DNA of 64,000 nucleotides from Ignavibacteriota bacterium (GCA_963727825.1 CAVSHO010000008.1:32001-96000), one strand, 5' to 3'; shown: positions 9,369 through 20,859, numbered from the stretch's first letter. Notes: a model not told the origin generated them from the sequence alone. Numbers and translations: made by a program.

Positions 9369-12194
9369 ATGACAAAACGAAAAAAAAGGGTACAAGAAAA
9401 CCTTCCGAAGGTTTCTCAGAAGCCATCTGATATAATTATTCGCGGGGTAAGAGTTCATAATCTTAAGAACATCAACCTGACGCTGCCGCGGAATAAATTA
9501 ATTGTCGTCACTGGAGTAAGCGGTTCCGGCAAATCAAGTCTTGCGTTCGATACTATTTACGCTGAGGGTCAGCGCCGTTATGTTGAAAGTCTTTCTTCTT
9601 ACGCCCGACAGTTTCTTGAGCGCATGGAAAAGCCAGATGTTGATTTGATTCAAGGTATTAGTCCGGCGATTGCCATTGAACAAAAAACCACTTCACGCAA
9701 TCCGCGATCAACTGTTGCTACTTCCACAGAAATTTACGATTACCTTCGACTGCTCTTTGGCCGTATTGGAAAAACGTATTGCCGCGTTTGCGGTAAATTG
9801 ATAAATAGAAATACTGTAACTACGGTTGTCGATAGAGTGCAGCAAGAACCGGATGGAGCAAAAGTGTATATAATGTTCCCTATGCATGAACATGCGGGGC
9901 GCACGATGAAGGAAGAAGTAGACGCTCTCAAGAAGCGCGGTTTCTTCCGGCTTTTTATAGACGGCGAATTGATCGACCTGAATGAATGGGATTTCAAAGC
10001 GAAATCAAAGAAGAACATTCATGTGTTGATAGACCGCCTTGTCGTGCGCAGAAATGAAAAAGAAAACGTAACGCGTCTGGCAGATTCCATTCAAACTGCT
10101 TTTGAAGAAGGAAGCGGATATGCGCATATTTATTTATTGGAGCAAAAACAACTTCTCCGGTTTTCCCAGCATTTCGAGTGCATCGAAGATGGCATTCGAT
10201 ATGAAGACCCGGAGCCGCGGCTTTTTTCGTTCAATAATCCGGTCGGTGCATGTCCCAGGTGCCAAGGATTCGGCAGAATCATCGGCATTGACATGGATCT
10301 TGTTGTGCCGGATCCCAGCAAGACGATTCGACAAGGTGCTATCTTACCGTGGACATTTCCCCACTGGCGGGAAAATCTTATCGATCTGCTCCGCGTTGCA
10401 AAGGAAGTAAATATTCCGGTAGATATTCCCTTTAACGAATTGACAAAAGAACAACTTGCCATAGTGATGAACGGCTGTAAAGGGTTCGATGGCATTAATA
10501 AGTATTTCAAGTTCATCGAACGCAAGTCATATAAAATGCATTATCGCGTACTCCTCAGCCGCTTTCGCGGATATACAACTTGTGAGGAATGCGGCGGTTC
10601 GCGTTTACGCAAGGAAGTGCTTAATGTTCGTGTCGGTGGAAAAAATATCCGTGACATTGTACAAATGACAATTGAAAATGCAAACCAATTTTTCAAGGAT
10701 ATTGTGTTCTCGAAATACGAAGAGGAAGCTGCCAAACGTATTTTAGAAGAAATTCGCAAACGGCTTAGTTTTCTCGATGAGATAGGACTTGGCTATATTA
10801 CACTTGATCGTTTGTCGATGACCCTTTCCGGTGGCGAATCTCAGCGCATCAATCTCGCAACTTCACTCGGCTCTTCGCTGATGGGATCGCTTTACGTTCT
10901 TGATGAACCGACCATCGGACTGCATCCGCGCGACAACGGACGGCTCATTGCTATTCTGAAATCATTACGTGATATCGGAAACACAGTGCTCGTCGTTGAG
11001 CACGATGATGAGATGATGCGCGAAGCCGATATGATTGTAGATATAGGACCGCGAGCCGGTGAACATGGCGGCGAACTTGTCTTTCAAGGAAAAATGGAAC
11101 AGCTTCTCCAGCACCAGATATCTCTTACTGCACGATACTTGAATGGTACATTGAAAATTCCAACGCCAAAATCAAGAAGAGCAGACAATGAGCAATCAAT
11201 TTTTATTCATCGTGCATCGGAAAATAATTTAAAGAATATTGATATCCGTATTCCGCTGAATATGTTCGTTTGTGTGACAGGTGTGAGCGGATCCGGTAAA
11301 AGTACGCTTATACATGAAGTATTGTATGCTGGAATAATGAAACGAAAAGGCGGCTATGATGGAACTGCGGGCAAATGTAGAGCGATCGATGGACTCGATT
11401 ATATCAATCGTGTCGAATTAGTGGATCAATCACCCATTGGCAGAAGTCCGCGCTCGAATCCAATCACTTACATTAAAATTTTCGATCTCATCCGCGACTT
11501 GCTTGCCCACACGCCGGTGGCGAAGACACACGGCTACTCGCCAGGTCATTTTTCATTCAACGTACCTGGCGGCAGGTGCGAAGTATGCGAGGGCGACGGC
11601 TTACAGCGCATCGAGATGCAGTTTCTCGCAGATATTTTTCTGCCATGCGAATCGTGCAAGGGAAAACGCTTTAAGCAGGAGGTGTTGGACGTCCGATACC
11701 GTGGCAAGAATGTAGATGATATTTTGAATATGACAGTAACAGAGGCAATGGAGTTTTTCTCTCTTACACCGGATAGCCGGCGCATAGCAAAACGATTGAA
11801 GGTATTGGATGATGTTGGGTTGGGCTATTTACGACTTGGACAACCTGCAACAACGCTTTCAGGCGGTGAAGCACAGCGCATTAAACTTGCTCACCATCTT
11901 TCCATTACTGAGCAGGAAGGCAAAGCGCTCTTCATTTTCGATGAACCTACAACCGGGCTTCACTTTGATGATATTGCAAAACTTCTTAAATGTTTTGATG
12001 CGCTTGTCGAGGCGGGACATTCCATCATCGTTATCGAACACAATATGGATGTTGTTAAGTGTGCCGACTTTGTAATTGATTTGGGACCTGAAGCAGGCGA
12101 ACGGGGCGGAGAAATTGTTGCAACAGGTACTCCGGAAGAAATTGCTCAAAATCCGCGTTCATACACAGGTGGTTTTTTGAAAAGGCACATCTAA
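9369..12194 (+). CDS. uvrA: Excinuclease ABC subunit A
   Basis: Two Walker A motifs (GVSGSGKS), two LSGGE signatures, zinc fingers, FSFN motifs. Confidence 0.96.
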   Translation: MTKRKKRVQENLPKVSQKPSDIIIRGVRVHNLKNINLTLPRNKLIVVTGVSGSGKSSLAFDTIYAEGQRRYVESLSSYARQFLERMEKPDVDLIQGISPAIAIEQKTTSRNPRSTVATSTEIYDYLRLLFGRIGKTYCRVCGKLINRNTVTTVVDRVQQEPDGAKVYIMFPMHEHAGRTMKEEVDALKKRGFFRLFIDGELIDLNEWDFKAKSKKNIHVLIDRLVVRRNEKENVTRLADSIQTAFEEGSGYAHIYLLEQKQLLRFSQHFECIEDGIRYEDPEPRLFSFNNPVGACPRCQGFGRIIGIDMDLVVPDPSKTIRQGAILPWTFPHWRENLIDLLRVAKEVNIPVDIPFNELTKEQLAIVMNGCKGFDGINKYFKFIERKSYKMHYRVLLSRFRGYTTCEECGGSRLRKEVLNVRVGGKNIRDIVQMTIENANQFFKDIVFSKYEEEAAKRILEEIRKRLSFLDEIGLGYITLDRLSMTLSGGESQRINLATSLGSSLMGSLYVLDEPTIGLHPRDNGRLIAILKSLRDIGNTVLVVEHDDEMMREADMIVDIGPRAGEHGGELVFQGKMEQLLQHQISLTARYLNGTLKIPTPKSRRADNEQSIFIHRASENNLKNIDIRIPLNMFVCVTGVSGSGKSTLIHEVLYAGIMKRKGGYDGTAGKCRAIDGLDYINRVELVDQSPIGRSPRSNPITYIKIFDLIRDLLAHTPVAKTHGYSPGHFSFNVPGGRCEVCEGDGLQRIEMQFLADIFLPCESCKGKRFKQEVLDVRYRGKNVDDILNMTVTEAMEFFSLTPDSRRIAKRLKVLDDVGLGYLRLGQPATTLSGGEAQRIKLAHHLSITEQEGKALFIFDEPTTGLHFDDIAKLLKCFDALVEAGHSIIVIEHNMDVVKCADFVIDLGPEAGERGGEIVATGTPEEIAQNPRSYTGGFLKRHI

Positions 12195-12201
12195 TATCCG
12201 C

Positions 12202-12966
12202 TTAAAACAACGAACCGAAAGTCAGCGTTATAAATAATCCGCCGAAGTTCCTCATATAGCCGCCTTCCATAACTTCAATTCCATTTGGAAACTGTGCAAG
12301 GAAATATTTTACGCTGAGGCCAGTTAACGTTCCCTTTTCCATCCCAAAATATGCGCCCGCTCCAATATAGCCGCCAAGAGTGTATCGCATCTTACCATAC
12401 TTTAAGCTAGTGAAAAAATCTATTTTTCCGGGATCGGTATAAGCATACGTTCCATCCGAATAATAATAATTAGTCGGATTTGCATACGGCGAAACGTACA
12501 CCATTGTTGGTCCAAGTCCAGCATTAATGAATGGCCTGAAATTATCTACAATATCATCTTTGAATAATCGGTACTGTACACCTACCGTAAACGGTATCAT
12601 CAGAAGCCGGTTCTTTTTTCCCGGAATGTAACTGTTACCATAATAATCATATTGTTCAAATTCAGTTTCATCCTTCACGTCCGAGACGGCAAAGTTTAGC
12701 ATCATAGAAAGTTCGTCAGTAAATTCATACCGATAAAACATACCGAGACCGAATCCATTATTTGACATAAGAAGATCGAGTCCCCATGCCTTTACCATCG
12801 GTCTGTAACTTTGCGGCTGAATAAGATTTGGATTGGATGGTGTAAAGATGATCGTTGTGTCCGGTGTTGCAGGTGATTGCGCGAAGACGTTTGTGCCAAG
12901 GAAGAATATAACAAAGAGGAATAGGACTGTGCGATATGAGTTTGTGTTGTATTCCATCGGTTTCAA
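12202..12966 (-). CDS. Hypothetical outer-membrane beta-barrel protein
   Basis: Signal peptide (..NVFA/Q), amphipathic Gly/Tyr/Phe-rich strands, C-terminal Phe. Confidence 0.65.
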   Translation of the reverse strand: MKPMEYNTNSYRTVLFLFVIFFLGTNVFAQSPATPDTTIIFTPSNPNLIQPQSYRPMVKAWGLDLLMSNNGFGLGMFYRYEFTDELSMMLNFAVSDVKDETEFEQYDYYGNSYIPGKKNRLLMIPFTVGVQYRLFKDDIVDNFRPFINAGLGPTMVYVSPYANPTNYYYSDGTYAYTDPGKIDFFTSLKYGKMRYTLGGYIGAGAYFGMEKGTLTGLSVKYFLAQFPNGIEVMEGGYMRNFGGLFITLTFGSLF

Positions 12967-13029
12967 TTTAATAACAGTTTAATTTTACAAAATATTCCGC
13001 AACTACGCAGCACTTTTTAATAAACAGTG

Positions 13030-13204
13030 GAATAATTCCCTCTCCTTTTAGGAGAGGGTTAGCCTGCCCGCCGCACAGAGCTTGCTTTGGCAGGCGGGAG
13101 TGAGGTCAAAAAAAGAAATGATCCCACCTTTGCGCCAGAGGCGCATCCGCCTCTGGCGGAAGTCCTCACCTATTCTCGCACAAAACGCGGAGGGGAGGAG
13201 ATTA
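13030..13204. repeat. Composite REP/REPIN-like palindromic element
   Basis: ccctctcct-ttt-aggagaggg, gtgagg/cctcac arms, nested cctgcccgcc..ggcaggcggg and cgccagaggcg-cat-ccgcctctggcg. Confidence 0.7.
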
Positions 13205-13282
13205 TATTGAAAAAATCTAGCACTATTCAAGACCATGTTGACTATTTACAAAAATACAGAAAATAACGAATACCTCATAAAT

Positions 13283-14446
13283 TTATCGAACAGCGAAGAT
13301 CGCAAATTTCAAATACTTCGTTTCCGGCATCGCTAGTATAACCGGATGATCTGGAGCTGCACCTGCAAATTCTAAAAGTTGCACGTACCGTTTCGCTTTT
13401 ACCGCAGCTTGTTCGATGGCGGAAAGAAATCCGTCCTCTGTAATATGGTGCGAGCAAGATGCTGTGACAAGAAATCCGCCTGCGTTTATCAACCGCATTG
13501 CCGCCGCGTTAATTTCTTTGTATCCGCGCAGTGCAGCCGGAATGTTCTTCTTGCTTTTCGTGAACGATGGCGGATCAAGTATAACCATGTCGATTTTTTT
13601 ATTCTCCTCACCAAGCAATTTCAGTTTAGCAGATATATCACCGATTTCAAATTCAACAGCAGCTGAGTTCAATCGAGCGTTCACTTTGGCTTTTGTAATT
13701 GCGTTCTCAGAAATATCTACTCCATGCACAGATGCTGCCTTTGCAAAGGCGGCGTGTAAGGCGAATCCGCCTTCGTTGCAGAAACAATCCAATACGGTTC
13801 CGCCAATTGCGTAGCGATGAATTGCTTTCCTATTTTCGCGTTGATCAAGAAAAAAGCCGGTTTTTTGTCCATTCATTACATCTACTTCAAATTTCACACC
13901 ATCATCTATAATTGTAATACCGGCATTTCCCCGTAAAACTTTTTTCTCTAATGGTAATTCTTCCAGAGTACGAATTGCAACATCATTCCGGGCAATAATA
14001 GCTTTGGGATGAAAAATTGTCTCCAAAACATTGCAAATTAATTCTGTTTGTTTGTCCATTCCTGCAGATAGAATTTGCAAGGAAATGAACTCGTTATATT
14101 TATCGATGATCAAACCCGGTAGAAAATCGCTTTCACCGTGTGTGAGCCGAAATGTTTCTGCGCCGGGGTAAAGCCGTTGCCGCAGCGTAAGCGCTTGCTG
14201 AATTCTTCTCTCAAAAAAACTAAAACCGATTTCTTCCGGCTCTGATGTAAGAAAACGGAAGGCGATAAGCGAATGAGGATGATAGAAACCGAGCCCAAGA
14301 AACTTTTGGTCATTCCGGAGCAGTTCAACGACATCGCCGATTTCCGGTGTGCCACGAATAGATGCAATCTCATTGCTGAAAACCCATTGGTGTCCAGCAG
14401 CAATTCTGTGCTCTTCGTTTTTCTTGAGTATAATTTGATTTTTCAT
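13283..14446 (-). CDS. RlmI/RlmK-family SAM-dependent 23S rRNA methyltransferase
   Basis: PUA-like N-terminus (GHQWVFSNE); GQKTGFFLDQRENR, LDPPSF and ASCSHH motifs. Confidence 0.9.
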   Translation of the reverse strand: MKNQIILKKNEEHRIAAGHQWVFSNEIASIRGTPEIGDVVELLRNDQKFLGLGFYHPHSLIAFRFLTSEPEEIGFSFFERRIQQALTLRQRLYPGAETFRLTHGESDFLPGLIIDKYNEFISLQILSAGMDKQTELICNVLETIFHPKAIIARNDVAIRTLEELPLEKKVLRGNAGITIIDDGVKFEVDVMNGQKTGFFLDQRENRKAIHRYAIGGTVLDCFCNEGGFALHAAFAKAASVHGVDISENAITKAKVNARLNSAAVEFEIGDISAKLKLLGEENKKIDMVILDPPSFTKSKKNIPAALRGYKEINAAAMRLINAGGFLVTASCSHHITEDGFLSAIEQAAVKAKRYVQLLEFAGAAPDHPVILAMPETKYLKFAIFAVR

Positions 14447-14828
14447 AAAGTCAAATTAGAGAGTTTTTGAAGGATAAGCAAGCTTGAGCATTTCACTCAA
14501 TCTGGGAGTTTGGGTGCGATAGAATTCAAAACCTCATTCTCAAAATCAGCGTTATTAAGATAGGCGAACAGGTGTTTGGGAATGGAAAAACAGTCGTAGA
14601 GTCCCCGCCCGCCTACATTAAGAATGGATTCCATAAGTTTTTTGTAATGAAATGTTTTTAATGAATCGTAAAATATCTTTTGATAAAGAGACAAGATTAG
14701 ATAAACGGTATTCCGCTTGATGCCTTTTGTGTTTATATTAATACTATACAGTGCGGTCGTTACTTTTTAGTGGGTTTCTGAATAAAGTAACACTCTTGAG
14801 AAATTATTATAGTAATAAGGAATAATTA

Positions 14829-15483
14829 TTGAAAAATATAAAATGTATTGTATTCGATATGGATGGAACATTGACGCAAACAAACCAGCTCATATATGAT
14901 TCGTTTAATTACATAGCGCAAAAATATGCCGGAAGAACATTTAATATCCCTGAAATAACCGCGATGTTCGGTCCGCCGGAAGAAGAAGCGTTGCTCGCTA
15001 TCGTTCACCCGGAACAAGTTGACAGTGCGATGAAAGACTATCTCTCGTTCTATCGTACACATCACAATCAATTGGCGCAAATTTATCCCGGTATGGAGAA
15101 CATTCTAAGTTCGATAAAGGAACGCGGTAAAATGCTGGCTATTTTCACCGGCAAGGGAACGTCCACCACAAAAATTACTTTACAGGAATTTCGTATTGAA
15201 AAATATTTTGAATATGTGAGTAACAGGGAATGATGTTGTCAAACGCAAACCATCTTCAGAAGGACTGTTTAAGATTATGAAACACTTTGCGCTTCAGCCG
15301 GATGAAATGCTGATGGTGGGAGATTCTGTTTCTGATGTGAATGCCGCACGCGAAGCCGGCGTAAAGATTGCAGCTGTTGTGTGGGATTCATACGCGAAAG
15401 AAACAGTGCTGCAGATGAAAACAGATTTTGTATTTAATAACACAAAAGAATTTCAAGACTGGCTGAATATGCAGTTCAATTAA
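14829..15483 (+). pseudogene. HAD-IA family hydrolase (phosphoglycolate phosphatase-like), +1 frameshift near 15219 (probable sequencing error)
   Basis: FDMDGTL motif I; removing one A gives YVVTGNDVVKRKPS..MVGDSVSDV, continuous with ORF 15277-15483. Confidence 0.85.
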
Positions 15484-15579
15484 AAATATAAAACGAAAAA
15501 ATCATCCACCATCCTCGCTGGAAAGGCTGTGGCGACATAATATTGAATCCTGTACAACTTCAGTTAAAAGGAATAAATA

Positions 15580-16575
15580 ATGGAACCCTTGAATGTTGGT
15601 GTTGTCGGCGTTGGGCATCTTGGAAGTCTCCACACGAAAATGTATGCGCAAATTCCATCGGTTAAATTGGTCGGCGTATATGATGCCGACTCGCAGCGAA
15701 CACGAAAGTTAGCAAATGAGTTTGGGATCAAAGCATTCCCAACTCTTGACGAACTGCTGTCTCAAGTCGAAGCAGTCAGCATTGCAACAACAACACAATC
15801 GCACTACGATGTAGCGATGCAAGTAATAAAACGGGACGTGCATCTTCTAATCGAGAAACCGATCACCGCAACCATCGAACAAGCAAAAGCGCTGACAGAA
15901 CGGGCAGATATAAAAGGATTGAAATTACAGGTTGGACATATTGAGCGTTTCAACCCGGCAATCCTTGCGTTGGAACCGTACAATATTACTCCGCTGTTCA
16001 TTGAATCTCATCGTCTGGCACAATTTAATCCGCGCGGATCAGATGTGGCAGTGGTGCTTGACTTGATGATTCATGATATTGATTTGATTTTGAGCCTGGT
16101 GAAATCGAAAGTGACGCGCATTGATGCCAATGGTATTGCTGTTATCTCAGATACACCTGATATTGCCAACGCACGCTTACAGTTTGAAAATGGCTGTGTT
16201 GCCAATGTAACGGCAAGCCGTATTTCGCAAAACAAAATGCGAAAGATGCGAATGTTTCAACGAGACGCATACATATCCATAGATTTTGCACAGGGATTAG
16301 CAGAAGTATTTCGTTTGGTCGACGAACAAACACCCAATGTAAAATCAACGATGATGCTTGGCAAGATCGATCAAGGTCAGCACAAACGTATAATTGTGTA
16401 CGAACAACCAGAAGTACAAGAAGTGAATGCATTGAAGTACGAACTTGAGCGTTTTGTCGAGTCCGTGCAAAAGAACCTGGAAACACCTGTTACCGGCCGT
16501 GATGGCTTGCATGCGCTGGAAGTGGCACAAGAAATTTTACAGAAGATTGAATCGCAGAAAATTACTATGGCATAA
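15580..16575 (+). CDS. Gfo/Idh/MocA oxidoreductase (GnnA-like)
   Basis: GVGHLG, EKP, VGHIERFNP and DLMIHDID motifs. Confidence 0.88.
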   Translation: MEPLNVGVVGVGHLGSLHTKMYAQIPSVKLVGVYDADSQRTRKLANEFGIKAFPTLDELLSQVEAVSIATTTQSHYDVAMQVIKRDVHLLIEKPITATIEQAKALTERADIKGLKLQVGHIERFNPAILALEPYNITPLFIESHRLAQFNPRGSDVAVVLDLMIHDIDLILSLVKSKVTRIDANGIAVISDTPDIANARLQFENGCVANVTASRISQNKMRKMRMFQRDAYISIDFAQGLAEVFRLVDEQTPNVKSTMMLGKIDQGQHKRIIVYEQPEVQEVNALKYELERFVESVQKNLETPVTGRDGLHALEVAQEILQKIESQKITMA

Positions 16576-16588
16576 TTATCCAATAGCT

Positions 16589-18025
16589 ATGATAACAAAG
16601 CGTATTGACATTCATGATGAAATTCTAAAACGTGTCGGTGCAGTTGCCGACCGTGAGAGTATCGCCGCGTACGTTGTTGGAGGCTATGTGCGTGATATTC
16701 TGCTTGGCAAGGAAGTTAAAGATACAGACATCGTTGTTATCGGTAGTGGCGTGGAGTTTGCAAAAAAAGTTGCTAAGGATTTTGGAAGAACAAATCTCAT
16801 TCTATTTGAAAACTTTGGTACAGCGATGTTGCCGTTAGATGATAGGAAATTGGAATTTGTTGGTGCACGGAAAGAAAGTTATCGGAAAGATTCCCGAAAA
16901 CCACATGTTGAAGTCGGAACGCTCAACGAAGATTTATCGCGGCGGGATTTTACAGTGAATGCGATGGCGGCAAGCCTGAATGAAAAAACATTCGGTGAAA
17001 TTACCGACCCGTTTGATTGTGAAAGTGACCTGAAGAAAAAAATACTGCGTACACCACTCGACCCGGAAAATACATTCGATGACGATCCGCTTCGCATTAT
17101 GCGCGCTATGCGTTTTGCTTCGCAGCTTGGGTTTGATATAGAGCCCGGCGTGCTGAAGGCGGCAAAGAAGATGGCAGAACGGTTGACGATTGTTTCACAG
17201 GAGCGCATAACAGATGAATTCCTAAAAATTATGGCAAGTCCCAAACCGTCCATCGGGCTTCAATTGATGTACGACTCGGACGTAATGCGAATTGTCTTTC
17301 CCGAAATTGCAGAGATGTCGGGTGTAGATCAGCGAAAAGATTACCATCATAAAGATGTTTTCAAGCATACGCTGCAAGTTGTCGATAAAGTTGCCGCGGC
17401 ATCGGAAAATCTTTGGCTGCGTATGGCGGCGCTTCTGCACGATATCGGTAAACCGAAGACGAAAGTATTCAAACCGTCAATCGGCTGGACATTTCATGGA
17501 CACGAAGACCTTGGCGCGCGAATGGTAAAGCGGATCTTCCGCCGGATGCGATTTCCGCTGGAGAATCTTCCATATATCGAAAAGTTAATTCGCCTTCATC
17601 TCCGTCCACAGGCATTAGTCGATGACGGCGTCACAGATTCCGCCGTTCGCCGATTGATGTTTGAAACAGGCAATGATATTGATGATCTTATGCTGTTATG
17701 CAGAGCTGATATTACATCAAAGAATCAAGAACTTATTGAGAAAGTGAAACGAAACTACGATCTTGTTATTACCAAGATGGTTGAGGTGGAAGAAAAAGAC
17801 CGTATTCGGAACTGGCAACCGCCGTTACGCGGCGAAGAAATTATGTCAATTTGTGGATTAACCGAAGGCCCGATGGTTGGAGTATTGAAAGATAGAATCA
17901 CGGATGCCATTCTTGATGGTGCTATTCCGAACGAGCACGAAGCAGCTTTGCAGTACCTTCTTTCAATTAAAGATGAAGTGATGAGTAAGCCGACTATAAA
18001 GAAAAGACGTTCTAATGAAAAATGA
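16589..18025 (+). CDS. CCA-adding tRNA nucleotidyltransferase / poly(A) polymerase family with HD domain
   Basis: VVGGYVRD..DTD, RRDFTVNAM, DDPLR..RF, SQERI and LLHDIGK motifs. Confidence 0.92.
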   Translation: MITKRIDIHDEILKRVGAVADRESIAAYVVGGYVRDILLGKEVKDTDIVVIGSGVEFAKKVAKDFGRTNLILFENFGTAMLPLDDRKLEFVGARKESYRKDSRKPHVEVGTLNEDLSRRDFTVNAMAASLNEKTFGEITDPFDCESDLKKKILRTPLDPENTFDDDPLRIMRAMRFASQLGFDIEPGVLKAAKKMAERLTIVSQERITDEFLKIMASPKPSIGLQLMYDSDVMRIVFPEIAEMSGVDQRKDYHHKDVFKHTLQVVDKVAAASENLWLRMAALLHDIGKPKTKVFKPSIGWTFHGHEDLGARMVKRIFRRMRFPLENLPYIEKLIRLHLRPQALVDDGVTDSAVRRLMFETGNDIDDLMLLCRADITSKNQELIEKVKRNYDLVITKMVEVEEKDRIRNWQPPLRGEEIMSICGLTEGPMVGVLKDRITDAILDGAIPNEHEAALQYLLSIKDEVMSKPTIKKRRSNEK

Positions 18026-18167
18026 AACAACCTAGCAATTGTTAGCGTCTAAAGGTGTTGATTGGATTAAAATTTTATTTAGTTTAATGTAACTTTACCG
18101 TAAATAGACCGTTTATATGATGTAGTTTTTAATTTCCTACCAATTTAGAAACAATGGAGAAGTATCA

Positions 18168-19517
18168 ATGAAAAAAATCATAGCTTTAATTGTATTGACA
18201 ATTTCAATTTGTGGAGCACAAACACAACCCGGAATAGCAAAAACACTTACATTAGATAATGCTATTACTATTGCTCTGCAACACAATTTAAATGTTGTGC
18301 AGGCGGCAAATAATGTTGATGCTGCACGAGGTGTTGAAGTTGCGGGATATGGTTCCTATTTGCCGACTCTTTCAGCTTCTGCTGGCTGGGGGCGATCACA
18401 AATAGAATCGCCCGTTGACTCAACATATAACCCATTTATCAATCAAAATATTGCTTCAGGAGGTAATTCTACTACAACCGGTTATTCTGCCGGTCTCAAT
18501 TTGAATTACACTATATTTGATGGATTGAATCGTGAGATGAATCTCAGCAAAGCTCTATCGGGGAAAACGATAGCCGATCAGAATTATTTGCGAACTAAAC
18601 AAGGAACTATATACTCAGTGCAGGCAAGTTATCTTAGTGTGCTGCGTAACGAGCAGCTTGTCCTTGTTAACCAGGAAAATCTGAAACGTGATCAGGAAGA
18701 ACTGGAACGAATTCAGGAATCTGCTCGAGTAGGATCATTAGCTATTGGTGACGTATATCGCCAACAATCTGCAGAAGCAACAGACGAATTTAACCTCATC
18801 AGTGCGCAAAATACGTATGATAAATCTATTGCTGATTTACTTGCTCTTATCGGATTGGATGTAGTGGATGAGTATCGAATTGTGGATTCCTCCATCCCAG
18901 TGGATATTGATTCGACGGAGTTTTCTCGATTACCTACCATGGGAGAATTTGATCAGTATCGCAAACAAGCTCTCATTGCTCGGCCGGATTATCAATCGGC
19001 GTCAGAAAATTTGAAAAGCGCGTCGTACGGCGTCACTTCAGCTTGGGGTCGCTATTTACCTGGTCTCAATGCATATGCAGGTTATAGTCTTAATGCGCCA
19101 GAAGTATCGCAATTATCAAGTAATAAGGATTACACGTGGGGCTTAAAATTTAGCTGGACACTATTTGATGGATTCCAAACTAACGAAGGGATCCAGAACG
19201 CGAAAGTTCAAGAGCGAAATGCTGAAATATCGCTTCTCCAAACAGAACTTGGCGTTAGTGTCGATGTAAAGAAGGCATTACTTGACCTTAATGCGGCTAA
19301 AAGGCAGTATGAAGCCAGCGTCAAAGCTGTAACTTCTGCAACACAGGATCGTAAAGTAGCACAGGAGAAGTATAATCTTGGTTCTGGAACAATAATTGAT
19401 TTACAGACAGCAAATGCAAACCTTGTGAATGCTCAAGTGACCAAAATAAGTGCAATATACAACTATATAACAGCCAAACGAAATCTTGAATATGTTACCG
19501 GTGAACGCACGTATTAA
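18168..19517 (+). CDS. TolC-family outer membrane efflux protein
   Basis: Signal peptide; [24 protein letters not shown]; duplicated OEP pattern. Confidence 0.9.
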   Translation: MKKIIALIVLTISICGAQTQPGIAKTLTLDNAITIALQHNLNVVQAANNVDAARGVEVAGYGSYLPTLSASAGWGRSQIESPVDSTYNPFINQNIASGGNSTTTGYSAGLNLNYTIFDGLNREMNLSKALSGKTIADQNYLRTKQGTIYSVQASYLSVLRNEQLVLVNQENLKRDQEELERIQESARVGSLAIGDVYRQQSAEATDEFNLISAQNTYDKSIADLLALIGLDVVDEYRIVDSSIPVDIDSTEFSRLPTMGEFDQYRKQALIARPDYQSASENLKSASYGVTSAWGRYLPGLNAYAGYSLNAPEVSQLSSNKDYTWGLKFSWTLFDGFQTNEGIQNAKVQERNAEISLLQTELGVSVDVKKALLDLNAAKRQYEASVKAVTSATQDRKVAQEKYNLGSGTIIDLQTANANLVNAQVTKISAIYNYITAKRNLEYVTGERTY

Positions 19518-19565
19518 TCGGAACTACCAATTCATATAAGACAAAAAATTTTTGAGGGGTGAATA

Positions 19566-20834
19566 ATGGCAAATGGTAATGGGAAAAAGAAAAAGAAAAA
19601 AATAATCATTTTTTCAATCATTGGAGCAGTGTTGGTTGTTCTTGCGTTGCTTGTCTTTCTCGGCAGCCGGCGTGAGACTATTGTGACTGTTCAGACGGAA
19701 AAAATTCAACGAAGAACGATCACGCAGATTGTATCGGCGACAGGAAAAATACAGCCGGAAATACAAGTGAAGATAAATGCAGAGGTCAGCGGAGAAATTA
19801 TTGGATTGCCAGTTCGCGAGGGCCAAAATGTCACAAAAGGACAATTGCTTGTCCGCATAAAACCGGATGCATATCAGGCTCAATTAGAAAATGCACAAGC
19901 TACATTGGAGATGGCAGATGCTGGCCTTCGGAAAGCCGAGGCAGATTACAATCGTGCAAAAGGACTTATTGTGAAAAAACTAATTTCTGATTCTGATATG
20001 GATATTGCAAAAGCTAATTATCTAAGCGCAAAAGCGGGATATGACCAAGCGAATGCAAACCTTAAGCAGTATCTTGACCAGTATTCGAAGACCACAATTT
20101 ATTCGCCGATGACGGGTATTGTCAGCCAATTAATATCCGAACTTGGCGAGCGTGTCAGTGGAAGCACATTTACGCAGGGGACAGAAATAATGACGATAGC
20201 CGATGTTGCTTCTATGGAAGCACGTGTCGATGTCGGTGAGAATGATGTGGTAATGGTGCAAAAAGGAGATACAGCGAATATAGAAGTCGATTCATATCAA
20301 GATCGTAAATTTATTGGCATCGTTACGCAGATCGCAAACACTGCAACATCGACCGGCACAGGAACCCAGGATCAAGTCACGAATTTTGAAGTAAGAATCC
20401 GTATCAATACTCCTGAAGGTATTCAATTTCGGCCCGGAATGTCCGTGTCAGCGGATATTGAAACGGAAACTCATTCTAATGTTCTGACTGTACCCATCCA
20501 GTCTGTTACAGTACGTGCACCGAAGAAAGAAACGAAAGATGAACCTAAAGAGGGAGAAGCACAATTAGTTGCCTCAAATAAAAAGAAGGAAGAGGATAAA
20601 CTTGAAGAAGTTGTATTCGTTGTGAAAGATGGAGTTGCTAAAACTGTTCCTGTTAAACGTGGCATCAGTAATGATACATATGTTGAAGTGAAGGCAGATG
20701 GGCTTGAGGGTAAAGAAGTCGTGTCGGGTCCATTCAAAGCGATCAATCGTGATTTAGAAGTTGATTCAAAAGTAAAAGTTGACAATAAGTCAGCGAAAAG
20801 AACCGGTGCGAGCGCTGATCTGGATAAAAAGTAA
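19566..20834 (+). CDS. MacA-like periplasmic adaptor subunit
   Basis: Basic N-terminus plus TM; VSATGKIQP, AEVSGEI..V.EGQ.V.KGQLL, RPGMS motifs. Confidence 0.92.
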   Translation: MANGNGKKKKKKIIIFSIIGAVLVVLALLVFLGSRRETIVTVQTEKIQRRTITQIVSATGKIQPEIQVKINAEVSGEIIGLPVREGQNVTKGQLLVRIKPDAYQAQLENAQATLEMADAGLRKAEADYNRAKGLIVKKLISDSDMDIAKANYLSAKAGYDQANANLKQYLDQYSKTTIYSPMTGIVSQLISELGERVSGSTFTQGTEIMTIADVASMEARVDVGENDVVMVQKGDTANIEVDSYQDRKFIGIVTQIANTATSTGTGTQDQVTNFEVRIRINTPEGIQFRPGMSVSADIETETHSNVLTVPIQSVTVRAPKKETKDEPKEGEAQLVASNKKKEEDKLEEVVFVVKDGVAKTVPVKRGISNDTYVEVKADGLEGKEVVSGPFKAINRDLEVDSKVKVDNKSAKRTGASADLDKK

Positions 20835-20859
20835 GAAAACTTAGGAATAAGCGATAGTG

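Noticed and set aside
13048-13236. 62-aa minus-strand ORF
   Set aside because: Translation of a composite palindromic repeat.
15231-15233. Selenocysteine or stop-codon readthrough at the HAD TGA (also the TlpA TGA at 28196-28198)
   Set aside because: The protein continues in a different frame, so these are indels rather than in-frame recoding.
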